From the NCBI RefSeq assembly GCF_009914755.1, contig NC_060933.1: a stretch of DNA of 64,000 nucleotides. One strand, 5' to 3'. Positions 28,601-43,530 of this stretch are shown here, one piece after another (position 1 is the first letter of the stretch; each line of letters starts with the position of its first letter). The notes below the pieces were generated by a model. The model was not told the origin of the DNA and searched no databases. It worked only from the letters and a program-made list of their open reading frames with translations. The stretch comes from the human T2T-CHM13v2.0 reference genome, Homo sapiens. Both the position numbers and the translations under genes were made by a program.

Positions 28601-31600
28601 GTAATGGAATGAAATGGAATGGAATCAACCCGAGTGCAGTGGAATGGAGTGGAATGGAATGCAATGGAATGCAATCATCCGGAATGGAATGGAATGGAAT
28701 GGAATGGAATGGAATGGAATGGAATCAACTCGATTGCAATGGAGTGGAATGGAATGGAAACGAATTGAAGGGAATGGAATGGAATGTAATCAACCCGAGT
28801 GCAGGGGAATGGAATGGAATGGAATGCAATGGAATGGAATCATCCGGAATGGAATGGAATGGAATGGAATGCAATCAACCCAATGCAATGGAATGGAGTG
28901 GAATGGAATGGAATGGAATGGAATGGAAACATCCCGAATGGAATGGAATGTAATGGAGTGTAAGGGAATTGAATAGAATCAATCCGAATGTAATGGAATG
29001 GAATGGAATGAAATGGAATGGAGTGGAATGGAATGGAATCAACCCGAGTGCAATGGAATGGATTCGAATGGAATGGAATGGAATGGAATGGATTCAACAA
29101 GAATGGAATGGAAAGGAATGGAATCAACCCGAGTGTAATGGCATGGAATGGAATGGAATGGAATGGAATGGGATAGAATAGAATTTTACGGAATAGAATG
29201 GAATGGAATGAAATGGAATGGAATGGAATTTAATGGAATGGAATGGAATGAACCTGTGTGCAATGTAATGGAATGGAATGGAATGGAATGGATTCAACTC
29301 GAATGGAATCAACTCGATTGCAATGGAATGGAATGGAATGGAAAGGAATAGAATGGAATCAACCCGAGTGGAATGGAATGGAAAGGACTGGAATGGAGTG
29401 GAATGGAATGGAATGGAATTAACCCGAATAGAATGGAATGGAATGGAACGGAATGTAATGGAATGGAATGGAATGGATACAACCGGAGTGCAGGGGAATG
29501 GAATGGAATGGAATGCAATGGAATGGAATCATCCGGAATGGAATGGAATTGAATGGAATGGAATGGAATCAACTCGATTTCAATGGAATGGAATGGAATA
29601 GAATGGAATGGAATTAACACGAATAGAATGGAATGGAATTGAATGGAATGGAATGGAACGGAAAGGAATGCAATGGAATGGAATGGAATCAACCCAAGTG
29701 CAGGGGAATGGAATGGAATGGAATTCAATGGAATGGAATCATCCGGAATGGAATGGAATGGAATGGAATGGAATGGAATGGAATGGAATGGAATCAACCC
29801 GAGTGCGATGGAATGGAGAGGAATGGAATGGAATGGAATGGAAACTACCCGAATGGAATGGAATGTAATGGAGTGTAAGGGAATTGAATAGAATCAATCC
29901 GAAAGTAATGGAATGGAACGGAACGGAATGGAATGCAATGGAATGGAATCAACCCGAGTGCAATCGAATGGAATCGAATGGAATGGAATGCAATTGAATG
30001 GATTCAACTTGAATGGAATGGAAAGAATGGAATCAACACGAGTGGAATGGCATGGAATGGAATGGAATGGATTGAAATAAACCCGAGTACAGGGGAATGG
30101 AATGGAATGGAATGCAATTTAATGGAATAATCCGTAATGTAATGGAAAGGAATGGAATGGAATGGAATGGAATGGAATGGAATGGAATGGAATCAACTCG
30201 ATTGTAATGGATTGGAATGGAATGGAATGGAATGGAATGGAATGGAATGGAATGGAATTAACCCGAATACAATGGAATGGAATGGAATGGAACGGAATGG
30301 AGTGGAATGGAATGGAATCAACCCGAGTGCAGGGGAATGGAATGGAATGGAATGCAATGGAATGGAATCATCCGGAATGGAATGGAATGGAATGGAATGC
30401 AAAGCAATGGAATCAACTCGATTGCAATGGAATGGAATGGAATGGAAAGGAATACAATGGAATCAACCCGAGTGGAATGGAATGGAAAGGAATGGAATGG
30501 AGTGGAATGGAATGGAATGGAATGGAATGGAATCAACTCGATTGGAATGGAATGGAATGGAATGGAATGGAATGGAATGGAATGGAATTAACCCGAATAG
30601 AATGGAATGGAATGGAACGGAACGGAACGGAACGGAATGGAATGGAATAGAATGGAATGGAATAGAATGGAATCAACCCGACTGCAGGGGAATGGAATGG
30701 AATGGAATGCAATGTAATGGATTCAACTTGAATGGAATGGAAAGAATGGAATCAACACGATTAGAATGGCATGGATTGGAATGGAATGGAATGGAATCAA
30801 CCCGAGTACAGGGGAATGGAATGGAATGGAATGCAATGGAATGGAATCATCTGTAATGGAATGGAAAGGAATGGAATGGAATGGAATGGAACGGAATGGA
30901 ATGGAATGGAATGGAATCAACTCGATTTCAATCGAATGGAATGGAATGGAATTAACCCGAATAGAATGGAATGGAATGGAATGGAACGGAACGGAACGGA
31001 ATGGAATGGAATGGAATGGAATGGAACGGAAAGGAATGGAATGGAATGGAATGGAATGGAATGGAATGGAATTGAATCAACGCGAGTGCAGGGGAATGGA
31101 ATGGAATCGAACGGAATGGAATGGAATGGAATGGAATCAACCCGAGTGCAGGGGAATGTAATGGAACGGAATGCAATGGAATGGAATCATCCGGAATGGA
31201 ATGGAATGGAATGGAATGGAATCAACCCGAGTGCAATGAAATGGAGTGGAATGGAATGGAATGGAATGGAACAACCCGAATGGAATGGAATGTAATGGAG
31301 AGTAAGGGAGTTGAAAAGAATCAATCCGAAAGTAATGGAATGGAATGGAACGGAATGGAATGGCATGGAAAGGAATGGAATGGAATGGAATGGAATCAAC
31401 CCGAGTGCAATGGAATGGAGAGGAATGGAATGGAATGGAATGGAATGGAATGGAATGGAATGGAATGGAATGGAACTGAAAAGAATAAACCCGAGTGCAG
31501 GGGAATGGAATGGAATGGAATGCAATGGAATGGAATCTTCCGGAATGGAATGGAATGGAATGGAATGGAATGCAATGGATTCAACTCGATTGCAATGGAA

Positions 31601-34146
31601 TGGTATAGAATGGAATGGAATGGAATGGAATGGAATTAACCCGAATAGAATGGAATGGAATGGAATGGAACGGAACGGAACAGAACGGAATGGAACGGAA
31701 TGGAACGGAATGGAATGGAATGGAATGGAATGGAATGGAATGGAATGGAATGGAATTGTATGGAATGGAATGGAATGGTACGGAATAGAATGGAATGGAA
31801 AGAATTGCAATGGAATGGAAACGAATGGAATGGAATGGAATGGAATGGAATCAACCCGAGTGTAGGGGAATGTAATGGAACGGAATGCAATGGAATGGAA
31901 TCATCCGAAATGGAATGGAATGGATTGGAATGGAATGGAAAGGAATGGAATGGAATGGAATGGAATGGAATCAACCCGAGTGCAATGGAATGGAGTGGAA
32001 TGGAATGGAATGGAATGGAACAACCCGAATGGAATGGAATGTAATGGAGAGTAAGGGAGTTGAATAGAAACAATCCGAATGTAACGGAATGGAACGGAAT
32101 GGAATGGAATGGAATGGAATGGAATGGAATGGAATGCAATGGAATGGAATCAATCCAAGTACAATGGAATGGAATGGAATGGAATGGAATGGAATGGAAT
32201 GGAATGGAAAGAATGGAATGGAATCAACCCGAGTGCAATGGAATGGAGAGGAATGGAATGGAATGGAAACTACCCGAATGGAATGGAATGTAATGGAGTG
32301 TAAGGGAATTGAATACAATCAATCCGAATGGAATGGAATGGAATGGAACGGAATGTAATGGAATGGAATGGAATGGAATCAACCCGAGTGCAGGGGAATG
32401 GAATGGAATGGAATGCAATGGAATGGAATCATCCGGAATGGAATGGAATGGAATGCAATGGAATGGAATGGAATGGAATCAACCCGAGTGCAATGGAATG
32501 GAGTGAAATGGAATGGAATGGAATGGAAACAACCAGAATGGATTGGAATATAATGGAGTGTAAGGGAATTGAATAGAATCAATCTGAGTGTAATGAAATG
32601 GAATGGAACGGAATGGAATGCAATGGAATGGAATGGAATGGAATGGAATGCAATGGAGTGGAATCAACCCGAGTACAGGGGAATGGAATGGAATGGAATG
32701 CAATGGAATGGAATGGAATGGAATGGAATGGAATGGAATGGAATGGAATGGAATCAACTCGATTGCAATCGAATGGAATGGAATGGAATTAACACGAATA
32801 GAATGGAATGGAATGGAATGGAACGGAACGGAACGGAACGGAATGGAATGGAATGGAATGGAATGGAATGGAACGGAAAGGAATGGAATGGAACGGAATG
32901 GAATGGAATGGAATGGAACGGAACGGAATGGAATGGAATGGAATTGAATGGAATGGAATGGAATCAACCCAACTGCAGGGGAATGGAATGGAATGGAATG
33001 CAATGGAATGGAATCATGCGGAACGGAATGCAATGGAATGGAATGGAATCAACACGAGTGCAATGGAATGGAATTGAATCAACACGAGTGCAATGGAATG
33101 GAGTGGAATGGAATGGAATGGAATGGAATGGAACTACCCGAATGGAATGTAATGTAATGGAGAGTAAGGGAGTTGAATAGAATCAATCCGAAAGTAATGG
33201 AAAGGAATGGAAAGGAATGGATTGGAATGGAATGGAATGCAATGGAATGGAATCAAACCGAGTACAATGGATTGGAATGGAATGGAATGGACTGGAATGG
33301 AATGGAATCAACACGAGTGCAATGGAATGGAGTGGAATGGAATGGAATGGAATGGAACAAAGCGAATGGAATGGAATGTAATGGAGAGTAAGGGAGTTGA
33401 ATAGAAACAATCCGAATGTAATGGAATGGAACGGAATGGAATGGAATGGAATGGAATGGAATGGAATGGAATCAACGCGAGTGCAGGGGAATGGAATGGA
33501 ATCGAACGGAATGGAATGGAATGGAATGGAATCAACCCGAGTGCAGGGGAATGTAATGGAACGGAATGCAATGGAATGGAATCATCCGGAATGGAATGGA
33601 ATGGAATGGAATGGAATCAACCCGAGTGCAATGAAATGGAGTGGAATGGAATGGAATGGAATGGAACAACCCGAATGGAATGGAATGTAATGGAGAGTAA
33701 GGGAGTTGAAAAGAATCAATCCGAAAGTAATGGAATGGAATGGAACGGAATGGAATGGCATGGAAAGGAATGGAATGGAATGGAATGGAATCAACCCGAG
33801 TGCAATGGAATGGAGAGGAATGGAATGGAATGGAATGGAATGGAATGGAATGGAATGGAATGGAACTGAAAAGAATAAACCCGAGTGCAGGGGAATGGAA
33901 TGGAATGGAATGCAATGGAATGGAATCTTCCGGAATGGAATGGAATGTAATGGAATGGAATGCAATGGATTCAACTCGATTGCAATGGAATGGTATAGAA
34001 TGGAATGGAATGGAATGGAATGGAATTAACCCGAATAGAATGGAATGGAATGGAATGGAACGGAACGGAACAGAACGGAATGGAACGGAATGGAACGGAA
34101 TGGAATGGAATGGAATGGAATGGAATGGAATGGAATGGAATGGAAT
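25629..34146 (-). repeat. ~8.5-kb higher-order repeat, copy 2
   Basis: Offsets from copy 1 are about 8503-8533. Identical ORF-track peptides, e.g. 17339/25867 and 20337/28840. Confidence 0.93.
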
Positions 34147-37100
34147 GGAATCGTTCCGAATGGAACAGGAGGGAATGTATTCGAGTGGAATGGAAAGGAA
34201 TGGAATCAACCAGAGTGGAATGGAAGGGAATGGAATGGAATGGAAACTAATAGAATGGAATCAACCCGAGTGGAATGGGATGGAAAGGACTGGAATGGAA
34301 TGGAATGGAATGGAATCAACTCGATTGTAATGGAATGGAATGGAATGGAATGGAATGGAATGGAATGGAATTAACCCGAATACAATGCAATGGAATGGAA
34401 AGGAACGGAATGGAGTGGAATGGAATGGAATCAACCCGAGTGCAGGGGAATGGAATGGAATGGAATGCAATGGAAAGGAATCATCCGGAATGGAATGGAA
34501 TGGAATGGAATGCAAAGCAATGGAATCAACTCGATTGCAATGGAATGGAATGGAATGGAAAGGAATACATTGGAATCAACCCGAGTGGAAAGGAATGGAA
34601 AGGACTGGAATGGAGTGGAATGGAATGGAATGGAATGGAATGGAATGGAAAGGAATCAACTTGATTGGAATGGAATGGAATGGAATGGAATGGAATTAAC
34701 CCGAATAGAAAGGAATGGAATGGAATGGAACGGAACGGAACGGAATGGAATGGAATGGAATGGAATGGAATGGAATGGAATCAACCCGACTGCAGGGGAA
34801 TGGAATGGAATGGAATGCAATGGAATGGATTCAACTTGAATGGAATGGAAAGAATGGAATCAACACGAGTGGAATGGCATGGATTGGAATGGAATGGAAT
34901 GGAATCAACCCGAGTACAGTGGAATGGAATGGAATGGATTGCAATGGAATGGAATCATCCGTAATGGAATGGAAAGGAATGGAATGGAATGGAATGGAAT
35001 GGAATCAACTCGATTGAAATCGAATGGAATGGAAGGGAATTAAGCCGAATAGAATGGAATGGAATGGAAAGGAACGGAACGGAACGGAACGGAACGGAAT
35101 GGAATGGAATGGAATGGAATGGAACGGAGAGGAATGGAATGGAATGGAATGGAATGGAATCAACGCGAGTGCAGGGGAATGGAATGGAATGGAATGCAAT
35201 GGAATGGAATCTTCCGGAATGGAATGGAATGGAATGGAATGGAATGGAATGGAATGGAATCAACTCGATTGCAATCGAATGGAATGGAATGGAATTAACC
35301 CGAATAGAATGGAATGGAATGGAATGGAACGGAATGGAATGGAATGGAATGGAATGGAATGGTATGGAAAGGAACGGAAAGGAATGGAATGGAATGGAAT
35401 GGAATGGTATGGAATGGAATGGAATCAACGCGAGTGCAGGGCAATGGAATGGAATCGAATTTAATGGAATGGAATGGAATGGAATCAACCCGAGTGCAGG
35501 GGAATGTAATGGAACTGAATGCAATGGAATGGAATCATCCGGAATGGAATGGAATGGAATGGAATGGAATCAACCCGAGTGCAATGGAATGGAGTGGAAT
35601 GGAATGGAATGGAATGGAACAACCCGAATGGAATGGAATGTAATGGAGAGTAACGGAGTTGAAAAGAATCAATCCGAATGTAATTGAATGGAATGGAACG
35701 TAATGGAATGGAATTCAATGGAATGCAATGGAATGGATTCAACTTGAATGGAATGGAAAGAATGGAATAAACACGAGTGGAATGGCATGGATTGGAATGG
35801 AATGGAATGGAATCAACCAGAGTACAGGGGAATGTATTGGAATGCAATGCAATGGAATGGAAGCATCCGTAATGGAATGGAAATGAATGGAATGGAATGG
35901 AATGGAATGGAATGGAATGGAATGGAATGGAATGGAATCAACTCGATTGCAATCGAATGGAATGGAATGGAATTAACCTGAATAGAATGGAATGGAATGG
36001 AATGGAACGGAACGGAATGGAATGGAATGGAATGGAATGGAATGGAACCGAACGGAACGGAATGGAATCGAATGGAATGGAATGGAATGGAATCAACGCG
36101 AGTGCAGGGGAATGGAATGGAATGGAATGCAATGGAATGGAATCTTCCGGAATGGAATGGAATGGAATGGAATGCAATGGATTCAACATGATTGCAATGG
36201 AATGGAATAGAATGGAATGGAATGGAATGGAATGGAATGGAATGGAATTAACCCGAATAGAATGGAATGGAATGGAACGGAATGGAACGGAAAGGAATGG
36301 AATGGAATGGAATGGAATGGAATGGAATGGAATGGTATGGAATGGAATGGAATGGAATGGAATCAACGCGAGTGCAGGGGAATGTAATGGAAAGGAATGC
36401 AATGGAATGGAATCATCCGGAATGGAATGGAATGGAATGGAATCAACCCGAGTGCAATGGAATGGAGTGGAATGGAATGGAATGGAATGGAACAACCCGA
36501 ATGGAATGGAATGTAATGGAGAGTAAGGGAGTTGAATAGAATCAATCCGAATGTAATGGAATGGTATGGAACGGAATGGAATGGAATGGAATGGAATGGA
36601 ATGCGATGGAATGGAATCAACCCGAATACAATGGAATGGAATGGAATGGAATGGAATGGAATGGAATGGAATGGAATGGAATGGAATGGAGTGGAATTGA
36701 ATGGAATGGAATGGCTTCAAACCGAATGGAAGGGAAAGGAATGGAATCAACACGATTGGAATGGAATGGAATGGAATGGAATGGAATGGTACGGAATAAA
36801 ATGGAATTGAACGAAATAGAATGGAATGGAATGGAATGGAATGGAATGGAATGGAATGGAATGGATTCAACTCGAAAGGAATCAACTCGATTTCAAAGGA
36901 ATGGAATGGAATGGAAAGGAATAGAATGGAATCAACCCGAGTGGCATGGAATGGAAAGGCCTGGAATGGAGTGGAATGGAATGGAATGGAATGGAATCAA
37001 AGCGATTGGAATGGAATGGAATGGAATGGAATGGAATCAACTCGATTGCAATGGAATGGAATGGAATGGAATTTTAATGGAATGGAATGGAATTAACACG

Positions 37101-40100
37101 AATAGCATGGAATGGAATGGAATGGAACGGAATGTAATGGAATGAAATGGAATGGAATCAACCCGAGTGCAGGGGAATGGAATGGAATGGAATGCAATGG
37201 AATGCAATCATCCGGAATGGAATGGAATGGAATGGAATGGAATGGAATGGAATCAACTCGATTGCAATGGAGTGGAATGGAATGGAAACGAATTGAAGGG
37301 AATGGAATGGAATGTAATCAACCCGAGTGCAGGGGAATGGAATGGAATGGAATGCAATGGAATGGAATCATCCGGAATGGAATGGAATGGAATGGAATGC
37401 AATCAACCCAATGCAATGGAATGGAGTGGAATGGAATGGAATGGAATGGAATGGAAACATCCCGAATGGAATGGAATGTAATGGAGTGTAAGGGAATTGA
37501 ATAGAATCAATCCGAATGTAATGGAATGGAATGGAATGAAATGGAATGGAGTGGAATGGAATGGAATCAACCCGAGTGCAATGGAATGGATTCGAATGGA
37601 ATGGAATGGAATGGAATGGATTCAACAAGAATGGAATGGAAAGGAATGGAATCAACCCGAGTGTAATGGCATGGAATGGAATGGAATGGAATGGAATGGG
37701 ATAGAATGGAATTTTACGGAATAGAATGGAATGGAATGAAATGGAATGGAATGGAATTTAATGGAATGGAATGGAATGAACCTGTGTGCAATGTAATGGA
37801 ATGGAATGGAATGGAATGGATTCAACTCGAATGGAATCAACTCGATTGCAATGGAATGGAATGGAATGGAAAGGAATAGAATGGAATCAACCCGAGTGGA
37901 ATGGAATGGAAAGGACTGGAATGGAGTGGAATGGAATGGAATGGAATTAACCCGAATAGAATGGAATGGAATGGAACGGAATGTAATGGAATGGAATGGA
38001 ATGGATTCAACCCGAGTGCAGGGGAATGGAATGGAATGGAATGCAATGGAATGGAATCATCCGGAATGGAATGGAATTGAATGGAATGGAATGGAATCAA
38101 CTCGATTTCAATGGAATGGAATGGAATAGAATGGAATGGAATTAACACGAATAGAATGGAATGGAATTGAATGGAATGGAATGGAACGGAAAGGAATGCA
38201 ATGGAATGGAATGGAATCAACCCAAGTGCAGGGGAATGGAATGGAATGGAATTCAATGGAATGGAATCATCCGGAATGGAATGGAATGGAATGGAATGGA
38301 ATGGAATGGAATGGAATCAACCCGAGTGCAATGGAATGGAGAGGAATGGAATGGAATGGAATGGAAACTACCCGAATGGAATGGAATGTAATGGAGTGTA
38401 AGGGAATTGAATGAATCAATCCGAAAGTAATGGAATGGAACGTAACGGAATGGAATGCAATGGAATGGAATCAACCCGAGTGCAATCGAATGGAATCGAA
38501 TGGAATGGAATGCAATTGAATGGATTCAACTTGAATGGAATGGAAAGAATGGAATCAACACGAGTGGAATGGCATGGAATGGAATGGAATGGATTGAAAT
38601 AAACCCGAGTACAGGGGAATGGAATGGAATGGAATGCAATGGAATGGAATAATCCGTAATGTAATGGAAAGGAATGGAATGGAATGGAATGGAATGGAAT
38701 GGAATGGAATGGAATGGAATCAACTCGATTGTAATGGATTGGAATGGAATGGAATGGAATGGAATGGAATGGAATGGAATGGAATTAACCCGAATACAAT
38801 GGAATGGAATGGAATGGAACGGAATGGAGTGGAATGGAATGGAATCAACCCGAGTGCAGGGGAATGGAATGGAATGGAATGCAATGGAATGGAATAATCC
38901 GGAATGGAATGGAATGGAATGGAATGCAAAGCAATGGAATCAACTCGATTGCAATGGAATGGAATGGAATGGAAAGGAATACAATGGAATCAACCCGAGT
39001 GGAATGGAATGGAAAGGACTGGAATGGAGTGGAATGGAATGGAATGGAATGGAATGGAATCAACTCGATTGGAATGGAATGGAATGGAATGGAATGGAAT
39101 GGAATGGAATTAACCCGAATAGAATGGAATGGAATGGAACGGAACGGAACGGAACGGAATGGAATGGAATAGAATGGAATGGAATAGAATGGAATCAACC
39201 CGACTGCAGGGGAATGGAATGGAATGGAATGCAATGTAATGGATTCAACTTGAATGGAATGGAAAGAATGGAATCAACACGATTGGAATGGCATGGATTG
39301 GAATGGAATGGAATGGAATCAACCCGAGTACAGGGGAATGGAATGGAATGGAATGCAATGGAATGGAATCATCTGTAATGGAATGGAAAGGAATGGAATG
39401 GAATGGAATGGAACGGAATGGAATGGAATGGAATGGAATCAACTCGATTTCAATCGAATGGAATGGAATGGAATTAACCCGAATAGAATGGAATGGAATG
39501 GAATGGAACGGAACGGAACGGAATGGAATGGAATGGAATGGAATTGAATCAACGCGAGTGCAGGGGAATGGAATGGAATCGAACGGAATGGAATGGAATG
39601 GAATGGAATCAACCCGAGTGCAGGGGAATGTAATGGAACGGAATGCAATGGAATGGAATCATCCGGAATGGAATGGAATGGAATGGAATGGAATCAACCC
39701 GAGTGCAATGAAATGGAGTGGAATGGAATGGAATGGAATGGAACAACCCGAATGGAATGGAATGTAATGGAGAGTAAGGGAGTTGAAAAGAATCAATCCG
39801 AAAGTAATGGAATGGAATGGAACGGAATGGAATGGCATGGAAAGGAATGGAATGGAATGGAATGGAATCAACCCGAGTGCAATGGAATGGAGAGGAATGG
39901 AATGGAATGGAATGGAATGGAATGGAATGGAATGGAATGGAATGGAACTGAAAAGAATAAACCCGAGTGCAGGGGAATGGAATGGAATGGAATGCAATGG
40001 AATGGAATCTTCCGGAATGGAATGGAATGGAATGGAATGGAATGCAATGGATTCAACTCGATTGCAATGGAATGGTATAGAATGGAATGGAATGGAATGG

Positions 40101-42570
40101 AATGGAATTAACCCGAATAGAATGGAATGGAATGGAATGGAACGGAACGGAACAGAACGGAATGGAACGGAATGGAACGGAATGGAATGGAATGGAATGG
40201 AATGGAATGGAATGGAATGGAATTGTATGGAATGGAATGGAATGGTACGGAATAGAATGGAATGGAAAGAATTGCAATGGAATGGAAACGAATGGAATGG
40301 AATGGAATGGAATGGAATCAACCCGAGTGTACGGGAATGTAATGGAACGGAATGCAATGGAATGGAATCATCCGAAATGGAATGGAATGGATTGGAATGG
40401 AATGGAATGGAATGGAATGGAATGGAATGGAATCAACCCGAGTGCAATGGAATGGAGTGGAATGGAATGGAATGGAATGGAACAACCCGAATGGAATGGA
40501 ATGTAATGGAGAGTAAGGGAGTTGAATAGAAACAATCCGAATGTAACGGAATGGAACGGAATGGAATGGAATGGAATGGAATGGAATGGAATGCAATGGA
40601 ATGGAATCAATCCAAGTACAATGGAATGGAATGGAATGGAATGGAAAGAATGGAATGGAATCAACCCGAGTGCAATGGAATGGAGAGGAATGGAATGGAA
40701 TGGAAACTACCCGAATGGAATGGAATGTAATGGAGTGTAAGGGAATTGAATACAATCAATCCGAATGGAATGGAATGGAATGGAACGGAATGTAATGGAA
40801 TGGAATGGAATGGAATCAACCCGAGTGCAGGGGAATGGAATGGAATGGAATGCAATGGAATGGAATCATCCGGAATGGAATGGAATGGAATGCAATGGAA
40901 TGGAATGGAATGGAATCAACCCGAGTGCAATGGAATGGAGTGAAATGGAATGGAATGGAATGGAAACAACCAGAATGGATTGGAATATAATGGAGTGTAA
41001 GGGAATTGAATAGAATCAATCTGAATGTAATGAAATGGAATGGAACGGAATGGAATGCAATGGAATGGAATGGAATGGAATGGAATGCAATGGAATGGAA
41101 TCAACCCGAGTACAGGGGAATGGAATGGAATGGAATGCAATGGAATGGAATGGAATGGAATGGAATGGAATGGAATGGAATGGAATGGAATGGAATCAAC
41201 TCGATTGCAATCGAATGGAATGGAATGGAATTAACACGAATAGAATGGAATGGAATGGAATGGAACGGAACGGAACGGAACGGAATGGAATGGAATGGAA
41301 TGGAATGGAATGGAACGGAAAGGAATGGAATGGAACGGAATGGAATGGAATGGAATGGAACGGAACGGAATGGAATGGAATGGAATTGAATGGAATGGAA
41401 TGGAATCAACCCAACTGCAGGGGAATGGAATGGAATGGAATGCAATGGAATGGAATCATGCGGAACGGAATGCAATGGAATGGAATGGAATCAACACGAG
41501 TGCAATGGAATGGAATTGAATCAACACGAGTGCAATGGAATGGAGTGGAATGGAATGGAATGGAATGGAATGGAACTACCCGAATGGAATGTAATGTAAT
41601 GGAGAGTAAGGGAGTTGAATAGAATCAATCCGAAAGTAATGGAAAGGAATGGAAAGGAATGGATTGGAATGGAATGGAATGCAATGGAATGGAATCAAAC
41701 CGAGTACAATGGATTGGAATGGAATGGAATGGACTGGAATGGAATGGAATCAACACGAGTGCAATGGAATGGAGTGGAATGGAATGGAATGGAATGGAAC
41801 AAAGCGAATGGAATGGAATGTAATGGAGAGTAAGGGAGTTGAATAGAAACAATCCGAATGTAATGGAATGGAACGGAATGGAATGGAATGGAATGGAATG
41901 GAATGGAATGGAATCAACGCGAGTGCAGGGGAATGGAATGGAATCGAACGGAATGGAATGGAATGGAATGGAATCAACCCGAGTGCAGGGGAATGTAATG
42001 GAACGGAATGCAATGGAATGGAATCATCCGGAATGGAATGGAATGGAATGGAATGGAATCAACCCGAGTGCAATGAAATGGAGTGGAATGGAATGGAATG
42101 GAATGGAACAACCCGAATGGAATGGAATGTAATGGAGAGTAAGGGAGTTGAAAAGAATCAATCCGAAAGTAATGGAATGGAATGGAACGGAATGGAATGG
42201 CATGGAAAGGAATGGAATGGAATGGAATGGAATCAACCCGAGTGCAATGGAATGGAGAGTAATGGAATGGAATGGAATGGAATGGAATGGAATGGAATGG
42301 AATGGAATGGAACTGAAAAGAATAAACCCGAGTACAGGGGAATGGAATGGAATGGAATGCAATGGAATGGAATCTTCCGGAATGGAATGGAATGGAATGG
42401 AATGGAATGCAATGGATTCAACTCGATTGCAATGGAATGGTATAGAATGGAATGGAATGGAATGGAATGGAATTAACCCGAATAGAATGGAATGCAATGG
42501 AATGGAACGGAACGGAACGGAATGGAAAGGAATGGAACGGAATGGAATGGAATGGAATGGAATGGAATGG
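34147..42570 (-). repeat. ~8.5-kb higher-order repeat, copy 3 (slightly shorter)
   Basis: Offset from copy 2 is ~8520 at the start and falls to ~8440 after short pentamer-tract deletions near 39,540 and 40,620. Confidence 0.92.
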
Positions 42571-42855
42571 AATGGAATTGTATGGAATGGAATGGAATGG
42601 TACGGAATAGAATGGAATGGAAAGAATTGCAATGGAATGGAAACGAATGGAATGGAATGGAATGGAATGGAATCAACCCGAGTGTAGGGGAATGTAATGG
42701 AACGGAATGCAATGGAATGGAATCATCCGGAATGGAATGGAATGGATTGGAATGGAATGGAATGGAATGGAATGGAATGGAATGGAATCAACCCGAGTGC
42801 AATGGAATGGAATGGAATGGAATGGAATGGAATGGAATGGAATGGAATGGAATGG

Positions 42856-43530
42856 AATCAACTCGATTGCAATCGAATGGAATGGAATGGAATTAACACG
42901 AATAGAATGGAATGGAATGGAATGGAACGGAACGGAACGGAACGGAATGGAATGGAATGGAATGGAATGGAATGGAACGGAAAGGAATGGAATGGAACGG
43001 AATGGAATGGAATGGAATGGAACGGAACGGAATGGAATGGAATGGAATTGAATGGAATGGAATGGAATCAACCCAACTGCAGGGGAATGGAATGGAATGG
43101 AATGCAATGGAATGGAATCATGCGGAACGGAATGCAATGGAATGGAATGGAATCAACACGAGTGCAATGGAATGGAATTGAATCAACACGAGTGCAATGG
43201 AATGGAGTGGAATGGAATGGAATGGAATGGAATGGAACTACCCGAATGGAATGTAATGTAATGGAGAGTAAGGGAGTTGAATAGAATCAATCCGAAAGTA
43301 ATGGAAAGGAATGGAAAGGAATGGAATGGAATGGAATGGAATGCAATGGAATGGAATCAAACCGAGTACAATGGATTGGAATGGAATGGAATGGACTGGA
43401 ATGGAATGGAATCAACACGAGTGCAATGGAATGGAGTGGAATGGAATGGAATGGAATGGAACAAAGCGAATGGAATGGAATGTAATGGAGAGTAAGGGAG
43501 TTGAATAGAAACAATCCGAATGTAATGGAA
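42856..43530 (-). repeat. Extra ~0.67-kb copy of 41,190-41,870 (offset 1662)
   Basis: TCATGCGGAAC at 41,456/43,118. CCCAACTGC, AAACCGAGTAC and AACAAAGCG are collinear. Confidence 0.88.
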
